Shown here: positions 25,101 through 37,100 of the stretch, in pieces
Position numbering within the stretch: the first letter of the stretch is position 1
How the letters are laid out: each line of letters begins with the position of its first letter
Assembly: GCA_048128005.1 (NCBI GenBank)
Contig: JBEUKZ010000002.1
Location: forward strand, 1 to 64,000
Origin: Veleropilina oligotropha
Taxonomy: Eukaryota
DNA: 64,000 nt
Direction of reading: 5' to 3'
Program-made: the position numbers and the translations under genes
Notes under the pieces: generated by a model
What the model was told of the DNA's origin: nothing
Seen by the model: the letters and a program-made list of their open reading frames with translations, nothing else
Database searches by the model: none

Positions 25101-28100
25101 TGCTGTGGTGATCAAGGCCAGCCACCACCGATTACGGGCGAGATGCCGCACGATTGGCTGCGAAAGACCGCGGACTACTATGAAGAGATCGAAGTAGACT
25201 ACAGGGCGAAAGACGACCCTGCCCTCCAAGCCCTGAAAAGACGTATCCGTCTCCAGCCCGACAAAGTCCAGTGCGACGAGATGCGACGGACCCTCCCCAG
25301 CTGCCTCGGATGGGACCGGTTCGTCAACACCTGGAAGCCAGGCGACCTAATCCTCACAAGCCGTCAGAAGGTCCGCGAACGGGCTCAAGAGCTGTTGCTC
25401 CAGAGGCACAAGGAGCACTTCCCAGACTCCATGGTGCCTATCCTGTACCACCCCAGGGACAGCAGAAAACAGAACATCATGGTAACCATTCCGGGCACCA
25501 GCGACAGAGAGGAGCTAATTCTGAACGACGTCGTCGAGGTCACCATTGAGGCCGCTGAGCGGGCTATCCTGACCCCGGATTGGCGCCTGGGCTATGCTCT
25601 CACCATCCATTCGAGCCAGGGTCTTACGATTCACGACCCACAGAAAGTCTGGATCATCGACGACTACCTTCAGTGGAGTAATCTCGCCTACCTAGCCGTG
25701 TCCCGGGTGGAGCTGCTGCGTCAGCTCGAACGGGTAACCTGTCCACCGGATGAGGGTTCTGAGGACAGGCCCCCCCAAGCGCCCCAAACCGAGCAACAGC
25801 TCCGAAAGACCATCCAGAAAAAGCTTGTGGCGTACAAACGCCAGGACCAGGCAACGGGACTCCCGGGGTTTAACCTCAAGGTCGACGACATCCTGCGGCT
25901 CAGAGAGGCCCAAAACAACCGCTGCGCAGCATGCAACATAGAGCTGCTCTGGGAATATTCCCCGAAGGACACACAGCAGTTCAGTGTCGACCGTGTGGAC
26001 AACAGCAGGGGCCACACCCGCGACAACGTGCGCTTAACGTGTCTGGAATGTAACCGGAAACGAGGATTTGCGGTTGTTAACGCCTGAGAACCGGTGGCAG
26101 CTGGGTATCACGAGGCACCACGAGAAGTTCCTCACGAACGAAGCCACGCGGTGGTCCATCCAGCAAGTAGTAGAGCACAGGCTCGTCAGGCTTAGTGACG
26201 GAGCGTCCAAGCCTGTAAACTTTTAGAGACCACACCGGGTCAGTAGCACGGCGATGACCCCCCTCCAGCTCACCATCGTAGTAAAGGTAGCGAACATCTA
26301 CGTCAGAGGGGAGTTTCTGTTCCTTCCCCTGTCGGCCTGGAACAGTGGCGCCTGGCTTTTGGGCAACGCGAGGTGCCTTGATGGCGTCCTTGGGCTTTTT
26401 ACCGGTCAGCCTGGTCACTTCCCCATTCAAGGCCGCAACTACAGCTGCTAACCGGGCGACCCACTCAGTTGACCTTTGACCCTCTTTCGCAGACTCTGCA
26501 AACCGCATCTCTGTTGCATACTGGTGCCCGAAGAGCCGCTCAGCGAGCGTCCGGTTGAAGCGCTCCACAATGCCCTGATCGCGATGGATATCCACACGGC
26601 CACGCCTAACCTCGACGTTATTCTTTGCCAGCAGCTGGGAAACCGCGCCCATAAACTCTCGCCCTGGATCGACTTGAAGCAGTTTCGGCCAGCCAAGAGG
26701 ACTCCGCCTGTAGATTCGGGCTAGTGCTTCAGCAACCCCTTTGGCCTCTTTTGTGACCAGAGGCTCAGCCTCTTTAAAGCGACTGGCCACATCAACCACA
26801 GTCAAAGCGTACTTATAGGTCTTGTGTCTGACCTTGTCATGGGGGAGAAACAGGAGGTCGGCTTGGTGAACCTCGTTTGGCGTTACGACGTCGAATTTTG
26901 GTCTTGGAATCCGCCGTGGCGCAGGTAAATAGATCTGCCATATAGCCTGCCTCTTAAGCCATGTCCGGGCCTCCACTTCAGACGCCTTGGCAGCGTCAGC
27001 TAGTTTCTTTATCGCGGCAATGCCTTTCCAGTAGCCCTTAGGGCTGTAGTACATCCTCGCAAGCTTACTATCCATCAGCAATGTATTCCAGTAAACTGAT
27101 CAGTCTCCAACAGGCTTCAGCTTCCGGAGCCGGTCGCTGCGCAGTCGTCGCCCGTAGGTTGGTCGGGCCCGAGAGCACCAGGACCGCGAACCGCACCATA
27201 GTCTTTTCGTCGCGGCGCCAGCAGTCGAGTAACGTAGTACTATAGCCGACCGCAAGCATAGCGCAGTACAGCTCTTCTGGGAGCCCCATTACTATACATG
27301 CCAACGAAAAAAATGTCCACTGGAAATAATTAGGCGAGCTTGTAGGCGACCAACCCGGTCGCAGCCATCCCCAGGATGATGAAGGTGATCTCACGTCCCT
27401 TCTGGCCATCGCTCGGTGTGTAGTAGTCAGACAGGGCGGGCTCAGGGCCACCCCCCAGGCCGGGGTCAAGGTTCTTGCCGGTGATCAATGCATACTCACG
27501 GATCGCGGCGTCAACATCCCGGAATGTGCCAACGGCATGACCCTGGCGGCGAAGTTCAACGTTCAGCCAGTCGAGACGCTCTGCCCTCTGTTGTGACCAT
27601 TTAGTCTGAGCAGCGTTGAGCTGTTCTACAGCAATGTCGTGGCGTTTACGCTCCGCATCGACACCGGAGCTGCGTAGCTTCGAGAAGAGGAAGTTGGAGC
27701 CGCTGAAGGCGAGGGCGTTGACGAGAGCGCCCCCAACCAGCATCGCAATGGAAGCCATTGAAATGCTGCGATTATCTAGCAAGGTCCCACTACTTCAATA
27801 TATCGGCCGGAATGATGCCTTGCTTGATCAGCATGTCTTTCGTCGCCATGGCGAGCGCTACGTCGAGGACGACCATCCCGACATCGTAGCCCGTGAAGTC
27901 CAGTTTGGGGCTCGCTCCCTTGAATACCATCTTTGTCAGGCGTGCGTAGCCTATGGCGAGGCCTGACACTATAGCGGCGTGGTATACAGCGTTGCCGAGC
28001 ATCTTTCCATCAGTGATTGGGGTAGTCATAACTGTTGATTAGTACCGTTTGCGACTATTGCATATGAAAAGGGTTCTGCTTCTTCAATTCGATAGTGGGG

Positions 28101-31100
28101 GCGGCCCGAGGCTGCCTAGCGTCCGCGTCTGGTGGCTGTTGATGTGGTGTGGATGGACCAGGGTTGCTGCGTTCTGAGGACGTCTTCCAGACAACAAATA
28201 CCAACGCAACCGTACCGGCAGCGACGGCTACCTGGGTCCAATTAAATAGGTCCGATTTCCGTGTATCTGGCGCACGCGGTCTTTCTGCGGCTGGAACCGC
28301 CTTCCCGGGCTGTTCTGATGGAACGACAACACTTGTTGGGGCACTCAGGTCTTCTTTCATTTTTCGAACCGCGGCCAGTAGCTTCTCCTGCTTGGCTTTT
28401 CGAGCAGCAGCGCCGGCCCTCCCTGCAGCCACTTTTTTCGGGTCCTTTTTACTCACTGATGAGTCCGTCGAAGAAGTCACCCTCTCTATCGGCTGGCTCT
28501 CGATCGGCTGTCTCTCGATCACTTGGTCCACTTCCGGCGTTGTCATCTTGATCTGGTATCTTAGGCGGGCAAACATGTCCAAATTGGCAGTGCTTAGCCG
28601 TGGTCAACGCTGCGGTCAGCGGTGCGAGGTACATGCCATATTTATAATACAGCTCACAGCTTGCAGTGGTCAGGGCATGTGAGATGAACGGGTCGGCCTC
28701 CAGGTCGGCGATCAGTCGTAGCTGGTTTGCTGGTGGAATGGGCAGGAACATCCCAGCTGCCCCCGCGTAGAGATGAATAGCTGAAGTCCCCAGAGTCTTC
28801 GTCACATCGGCACCGAGTTTCGCTTCATACCTCGCGTGGTGCTTTTCGACCTCGTCGTCAGTCATGTCGTCTATCCGGTCCACTGTGAGGTTACGCCCCA
28901 TGTATCGGTGGGCCTGTCCTCCAACGGCTAAGGCTGCAAGCCTCTCATGCTTTGCCGCGCAAACGGAACTTGCGACTCCACTGTTACTGACAGGTTCCTT
29001 GCCATCGGGAGTCAAGCGACAGCTGTTGATGGTCGTTTCTTGTTCGTCATCCATGAGTTGATCGATGAGGCTGTCCATCCTGAAGCGTTTCCAGCATCGC
29101 CTCACCGGTCTAATATAACTGTAAATCCAATACCACAATGTAGCGAGTAGGAGCAAGATCAGGCTCTGGCTGAAAGCAAAAGCTAGATATACAGCGTCCG
29201 ACATGCGAGAGCTTGCTGGGCAGCTACTTAGCATCTGCTGGGTAGCTATAGCACACTATAAGCAACGGGCTGATCAGTTTTCAACAGAAGCTTAGCGTGT
29301 CGTGTCTCGGCCAACAGCCGGCGAACCTCGGTCCGTTCATCCTGCGACGGGATTACATCGTTCTCGCGCAGACAGTCCTCGAAACTGTCGCGGTCCTTGC
29401 AATGGAACAGCGCGACCCAGCGGGTCTGCTCTCTGAGCTCCTTCAAGACCGAGTTGTACTTTTGCGTCACTACCCATACGCTCTGGGAAGCATGCCTGCC
29501 GCTGAAGGCCAACAAAGTCAGCATGTCCCTCCTCTTTGCCATAGCCTTGCTCGCGGCGCAGTCGTCGATGATATATAAAGTTGATTCCCCCTGAAACAGT
29601 CGGTAGAACCCCCGCAGCCAGTCATGGAGTCGCTCACCCGGGGGGACTAAATACACCTCAGGGTCGGTCCAGATCCACGGACAAGACTGGTATGCTTTGT
29701 TGTACTTGATCGTGGGGCAGAGGACCACGATATGCCGGAAGACGCCTCGATATTCCCCTTCCAGCAGTTCAAGCATGAAAACCGTCTTCCCACAGCCCGT
29801 CTGGCCGCAGATGATTGCGGAGTGGGGGTCCTTGGTGTGCGGAAATCGTTTAGTACAGTGCTTCGACGAATCGGCCATTCTCGATATTCAGCTGTGCGTC
29901 CATGATCACGAACTCGTAGACGTTCAGTGGACCGGCCGCTTCGGCTGTTTTAGTGATCTGAATAGTAATGCCTTCGCTGGCGTTCTCGACCCTCCGGCCT
30001 GACCCGTGCAACTGATCGTCGTCAGTTACCCGCATATCGATCCAGAGCGCAAATTTCTTAGTCAGAAATTCGCCCAGGGTGACGTCTGCCATCTCCAAGT
30101 CCTTTGCGACCATCGCGACCTCAGGATGCCGCTTGCTGCAGCCGGAGGCGAACATTTTCTTGGCTTCTTCCCAGATCTGGTATGTTCGCATGCCCTGGCT
30201 GTAGATTTGATTCGGGACACCCTCGATTGTGACCTCGACCTTTGTGATCTTCGGATTATAGAAGGCCTCAGTATCGCGAGAGAATGGCGCGGCGTCTCTC
30301 GCAGGGTCCTCGAACAACAGTAGTATTCCTTTCATCGACCTCGCCGGTACGTTCACATTCATATTCCACAACGAGTCGCTCTTGTCTAGGGTGAGCTTCC
30401 GATGCCGGAGAACACGGTCGTACAGGATTACGAGTTGACCCTGGTATTGATTTCGAATCCGTCTGGCAAGCTCGGATTGGGTTACCATGTCATATTCGAG
30501 GGATATATTGTCGATGGAATAGCTGGAACCGGAGTCGTCCGTCTCCCGGATAGTCCGGGAGTAGTCGTTGAACGTTAGCTCATACTCGAGACGGTCTCCA
30601 AGGGCGCTTTGATAGAATGGCATGTGACTTTCCAACAGCTCGAAATCCAGCGGGATGCGGAATCGGTTACCGTACGCGGCCGCGACCGCGACATCCTCCT
30701 CGCCTAATTATTTCCAGTGGACATTTTTTTCGTTGGCATGTATAGTAATGGGGCTCCCAGAAGAGCTGTACTGCGCTATGCTTGCGGTCGGCTATAGTAC
30801 TACGTTACTCGACTGCTGGCGCCGCGACGAAAAGACTATGGTGCGGTTCGCGGTCCTGGTGCTCTCGGGCCCGACCAACCTACGGGCGACGACTGCGCAG
30901 CGACCGGCTCCGGAAGCTGAAGCCTGTTGGAGACTGATCAGTTTACTGGAATACATTGCTGATGGATAGTAAGCTTGCGAGGATGTACTACAGCCCTAAG
31001 GGCTACTGGAAAGGCATTGCCGCGATAAAGAAACTAGCTGACGCTGCCAAGGCGTCTGAAGTGGAGGCCCGGACATGGCTTAAGAGGCAGGCTATATGGC

Positions 31101-34100
31101 AGATCTATTTACCTGCGCCACGGCGGATTCCAAGACCAAAATTCGACGTCGTAACGCCAAACGAGGTTCACCAAGCCGACCTCCTGTTTCTCCCCCATGA
31201 CAAGGTCAGACACAAGACCTATAAGTACGCTTTGACTGTGGTTGATGTGGCCAGTCGCTTTAAAGAGGCTGAGCCTCTGGTCACAAAAGAGGCCAAAGGG
31301 GTTGCTGAAGCACTAGCCCGAATCTACAGGCGGAGTCCTCTTGGCTGGCCGAAACTGCTTCAAGTCGATCCAGGGCGAGAGTTTATGGGCGCGGTTTCCC
31401 AGCTGCTGGCAAAGAATAACGTCGAGGTTAGGCGTGGCCGTGTGGATATCCATCGCGATCAGGGCATTGTGGAGCGCTTCAACCGGACGCTCGCTGAGCG
31501 GCTCTTCGGGCACCAGTATGCAACAGAGATGTGGTTTGCAGAGTCTGCGAAAGAGGGTCAAAGGTCAACTGAGTGGGTCGCCCGGTTAGCAGCTGTAGTT
31601 GCGGCCTTGAATGGGGAAGTGACCAGGCTGACCGGTAAAAAGCCCAAGGACGCCATCAAGGCACCTCGCGTTGCCCAAAAGCCAGGCGCCACTGTTCCAG
31701 GCCGACAGGGGAAGGAACAGAAACTCCCCTCTGACGTAGATGTTCACTACCTTTACTACGATGGTGAGCTGGAGGGGGGTCATCGCCGTGCTACTGACCC
31801 GGTGTGGTCTCTAAAAGTTTACAGGCTTGGACGCTCCGTCACTAAGCCTGACGAGCCTGTGCTCTACTACTTGCTGGATGGACCACCGCGTGGCTTCGTT
31901 CGTGAGGAACTGCTCGTGGTGCCTCGTGATACCCAGCTGCCGCCGGTTCTCAGGCGTTAACAACCGCAAATCCTCGTTTCCGGTTACATTCCAGACACGT
32001 TAAGCGCACGTTGTCGCGGATGTGGCCCCTGCTATTGTCCACACGGTCGACACTGAACTGCTGTGTGTCTTTGGGCTGGTAGGCCCAGAGCAGCTCTATG
32101 TTGCATGCCGCGCAGCGGTTGTTTTGGGTGTCTTTGAGCTGCAGGATGTCATCGACCTTGAGGTTAAATCCCGGGAGTCCCTTGGCCTGGTCCTGGCGTT
32201 TGTATGCCACAAGCTTTTTCTGGATGGTCTTTCGGAGCTGTTGCTCGGTTTGCGGCGGGGGCCTGTCCTCAGCACCCTCATCCGGAGGACAGGTTACCCG
32301 TTCGAGCTGATGCAGCAGCTCCACCCGGGACACGGCTAGGTTGGCGAGATTACTCCACTGAAGGTAGTCATCGATGATCCAGACTTTCTGTGGGTCGTGA
32401 ATCGTAAGACCCTGGCTCGAATGGATGGTGAGAGCATAGCCCAGGCGCCAATCCGGGGTCAGGATAGCCCTCTCAGCGGCGTCAATGGTGACCTCGACGA
32501 CGTCGTTCAGAACTAGCTCCTCTCTGTCGCTGGTGCCCGGAATCGTTACCATGATGTTTTGCTTACGGGTGTCCCTGGGGTGGTACAGGATAGGTACCGG
32601 GGAGTCTGGGAAGTGCTCCTTGTGCCTCTGGAGCAACAGCTGTTGAGCCCGTTCGCGGACCTTCTGACGGCTCGTGAGGATTAGGTCGCCTGGCTTCCAG
32701 GTGTTGACGAACCGATCCCATCCAAGGCAGCTGGGGAGAGTCCGTCGCATCTCGTCGCACTGGATTTTGTCGGGCTGGAGACGTATCCGTCTTTTCAGGG
32801 CTTGGAGGGCAGGGTCTTCTTTCGCCCTGTAGTCTACTTCGATCTCTTCATAGTAGTCCGCAGTCCTTCGCAGCCAATCGTGTGGCATCTCGCCCGTAAT
32901 CGGTGGTGGCTGGCCTTGATCGCCACAGCAGATAACCTGCACTTCGTGGCGGCCCAGCCAGTCCAAGAACATCTCTAGAATAGCCCGGGGAACAGTACAG
33001 ACCTCGTCCCAGATAATGACGCGCGGGATGAACTTCTGACCCATGCGATCAGGCGTCCAGTCATTCTGACCGCTCCATCGGAAGAAGCTGTGGTAGGTCT
33101 GGGCTTTGACGCCTCTGGTTCGCATCTCTTTAGCGAGGCGGTGGGTTGGTGTGAACACGACGGGATTCCTTGCCCGAAAGAGCTCGATCGCTCTCGTAGT
33201 CTTGCCACAGCCCCCTCCACCATTGAGGTAACTCAGGCGATGGTGGGTCAGTGTGTCATTGTAGCATGGCGCGGTGCTCGGCGGGAGGTCCTTCTCGGAC
33301 TGCGTGTACTCCGGCTTGGGCATGTATGCGGCATGTTCCTGTGGCATATACAGCTGTTCGCCCTTGTCACGCCACTGGGCTGGTGCTACTGGCGGAAGGT
33401 ACGGCTCCGCGATCAGACATGAGATGCACGATTGGCTGCGACAGTCGCAGAGTTGGGGGGCAACGTACACCGTGACATCGTCGAGCTTCTCCAACGAGGC
33501 CTTCTTGAGGTAGATGCTGTCAGTGGCTACCCGGACGGCTTCTGCTGCACTGAAACGCTTCAGCATGCTCAAGAGGTTTATGTGCGCATACCCCAACATC
33601 GCGGCCCTCAGGTGGGCGTACTGAGGCTGGGAGCCATCATAGTACGTGAGGATGTGCCCCATAGGGCACCTTTGAGGTGCGCCGACCAGGGTACCGCTTT
33701 GGCGGGTGTCTCTTACCAGGAAGTCCAGCTCTCCCTGGTCAATCACCAGTCTCCGTGTCAATCTTTTACCCTCGGCCTTGGCGCCTTGGGTGAATTTGCC
33801 GATGATACTGCAGCCCTGGTCACGATTCTCCGGAAGCCAGACATCGGTCTGGGCTTTGAACGCGATGATGGCTTCTCGGATCTTGAGGCTTTTTAGCAGT
33901 CCAGATTCTATGAGGAAGGCGAGCAGCGGGGTTGGTGCCCATCCATTCTCTGCAAAGTGCTTCCCGAACCATGCTACAATGACGGGGTGGATGTCTTGTG
34001 CGAACTCCCACCCCACGACCTCAGCAAAGCCGGTGCCGATATCTTCGGGAAGAGGACCGTTAATTGCGACCCGAGTCATGCTGTGGGTTGGGTGTCCGAA

Positions 34101-37100
34101 TCTTTCGAAGTATGGCTTGGCCTCGCCCTGCCCCAGAAAGCTGGCAGGGTAGCAGGCTTTCATATCGATGCAGCAGACATCGCCCGTGTCGTAATTCATG
34201 GAATTCCAGAGACCGCCGTGGCCATGCTCTACACAGGCCTTCTGGATGTCATCGAGCAGGCTCGCCGGGGTGGGTTTCCAGCCGTTGGTCTCTTTAGCCA
34301 TAATGCTAGCTGCATGGTTCTCGCCAAAGGCTCGATCGGCTAGGGACTCATTCCCCAGCGCTGTACAGGCTTCTTGAAGTCTCTCGTGAGCCTCTTTTGT
34401 CCGGTACGTGCGGCCATCTTGCAGCACGAACTGGTCCACGCCGAGCTGTCGGTCTTTACCGCCTAGGAGCCAGACAGCCAATGGCTCATTCTGTGTGGCT
34501 TGTCGAATAGCTTCCCAGACATCGCCCTCATACAGGTGGACCTCTCTACTTTGCGGGAAGTGTAGGTCCTTCGACCAGGCATGGCCGTTGTGACAGATGA
34601 GTTCTACTTTACCTCTCACCCCGCCTGTGGACCCACCAAACTGGTACTTCCCACTGTTGTAGATGTCCTCACCAGCAATGTCCCTCAAGATAATCGCCCG
34701 CTTGAGGATCCTCTCCAGTCGGGCCACATCGTCGACGGAAGCTCCTGTTACATGAACTCGCGCCTCCCACTCCATTATTTTCTGCCGCCTGATTGGAGTT
34801 AGTCCGTGTCCTCTCAGGGCGCCTTCGAAGTGCTCAACCACTCTTTGGGCAACGCAGTTGAGGTCGCCGTTCTTCATTGGGACCAGGTTGGCGGGGTTTG
34901 GTTCTCTGAGAGGATAGACGCCGTAGACGACTGCAGTGACCGGGTAGGCATTCTCGTAGTAGACCTTGTCGACCCCAGTGATAGCACCCGGCTTAGTATC
35001 CTGAGAGATCTCAAAGACACCCTGGCCCTTCTTTCTCGCAGCCTTCACCGGGTCAAACTTGTCTTCGACCATCCAGTCACCTTCACCCCACTCACGCAAG
35101 AACTTTATTCTAAGGACATACTCGCCCTTTGGAAGGGCTGTGAGGAGCTGTGCCGCCCTTGCATCTGTCATACGGGCATCCAGGGCCAGCCGTCCAGCCA
35201 CTTCTACCCTCCATGTGGAGAAAGCCGCCGCGGCGCCATCGACCTCAAACTCGTCTTTGGCGTCGCTCAAGAGTTCCACCCATGGCTCTTTTGCTGGGAG
35301 CCTTACTGGGGGAGGGACCTGGTCATCCAGGTCGATGAATCGTTGTCCCTCGGGTGTGGTAAATTGCCCTAGAAGATCCTTCTGGTAGTCCTGGGCTGTC
35401 CGGGGCGTTTTGGAGATGAGAAGATCGGGCCCCTTCCGAGCAATAGCATGGGCAAGGGTCTCTTTCCGAGACCGCTTGACGATTCGATCCGTGATGGCGC
35501 GAAGTGGCTTCAGTCGAATCCCCGGCGTTTTCTCAGCCTGGGATTCGTATTTACGAGCCTGCAGGGCGGCGTCGACCTCGTCCTTAATCTGCCGCAACTC
35601 GCGAGCACGTCGACCTCTTTTGTGGGGGTTCTCCACATCTCCACGTATGGAGGGGAACCTTCCCGTTTTCATCGCCCGCTCGAGCCTCCTCCGAAACTCC
35701 GCAGCACGGACCCCGGCGATTGCCCTGATGAGGTCGTTCTTCTTGAGCTTCGACCGAGCGGGAATCCCATAATCTTTCGCTAGATTGCGCAGGTCTCTGA
35801 GGGAGACACGTTCCATCGCGATATGACCCTACAACACAAGTCTCTAATTGGAACTTTTTATGTCGTGCGCGACAGCAACTCGCGCAATACTGCGCCGTAG
35901 AGACGGCGAGCTCGGTTTTTAGTGTTTATGAGAGCCTGGGCGGCACGACGACCTCCACATGGTCTACACACCAGAACGGCCGATTTCGTGCCCTTGCCAC
36001 ATCTCTTACATGGCGGGGATGGTGTTATACCCATCCGAATTTGCCGTCGATGGGCATTGCAAAATTCGTTGACGCAGCTACGACCACAAACTCCAGCGGC
36101 ATTAACTGTCAACCAAGGGCATACATTCTTTCCCCACATAGTTATCGCGTATACCATCGTATATACCAGTCTCTAAATAGGTTATGACACTAACACACAA
36201 GAGCCCGGGCCGGCGAGGGTAGTGGGCCGTCCCTGGGGGCTCTTACTACATGCTACTCGCTCTGTACACACGGTAACTTTTTGTAATACACGATATACCC
36301 TGGGGTCTGAAAGGGTGCTGGGAGCCTCCACGGCGGCCGCCCCGCCCCTAGTCTATACCCCCTACTTCCCACCAGTACAACCCTATCAGTTCTGAAATAG
36401 GGCTGGGAGCCTTATTTTCCCATTCTAAAAAGTACACTCACCCCCCCTGCTGCTTCCCCCCTCGATATTTATGTACAAAATTGCGCTTATCATTGTAAAT
36501 TGTAAACACGCCATATGTTCTTAAAATCGCTTACTTGCTTGCTTATCAAGATATCATTTTTCAACAAATATTGAAAGCATTAACTCTTTCGACGCCATTG
36601 TGGCATTATTGCGACCACTACGCATAGTGTTCGGCGCAATTTTTCGTCGAAAGAGTTCATCGATTGCAAGTAACAAAAAATTAAGATTTTGTCCACCGTA
36701 CGGTCTCAGAACATAATGTGCTTTGCATATGAATTATTATAATGCAAAATAGATCACTGCACGCCTGGCATTGTTGAATACGATTATAATCTGACATTAT
36801 TTATTGGGTCCTATTTGCTCTTAATATAAATGTTCAAAGCAGCATACGTCAGTTAACGTCCACTTGGTTTAGGTGATGATGGTGTGGTTGGGACATGTTC
36901 AGCTGCAGTCTCGCTGTTTCTCGTATCATATGAGATGACATTAACAAATCATTATATAGAACGACACGACGACATCCTGGAGAAATTATAAAGCTAGATT
37001 GTTAAATGACATTCTGCCACATATAACAAATGTGCCAAGATAATAATCAGATTGGGTATCTTCGGTTTATAAACATACAATACTAATACTCAATGATGCA

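Larger units (their letters stand above)
21330..36454. mobile_element. Endogenous Polinton/Maverick-like virus, palindromic (two replication/integration arms), 15125 bp
   Basis: TIRs AGCAGCAGGGGGGGTGAGTGTACTTTTTAGAATGGGAAAATA at both ends; TSD tcccc (21325-21329, 36455-36459); encodes integrase, PolB, packaging ATPase and a capsid-like protein; intronless and visibly GC-richer than the flanks. Confidence 0.9.

Noticed and set aside
22257..35783. Many antisense and alternate-frame ORFs over the viral genes (e.g. 22668-23450)
   Set aside because: Expected shadows of GC-rich coding DNA; no motifs, and lengths differ between the arms.
21330..36454. Inverted duplication as a simple assembly fold-back, or bacterial/phage contamination
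   Set aside because: The arms differ by frame-preserving indels and distinct terminal genes, and the element has TIRs and a TSD embedded in eukaryotic flanks. Long-read confirmation is still desirable.
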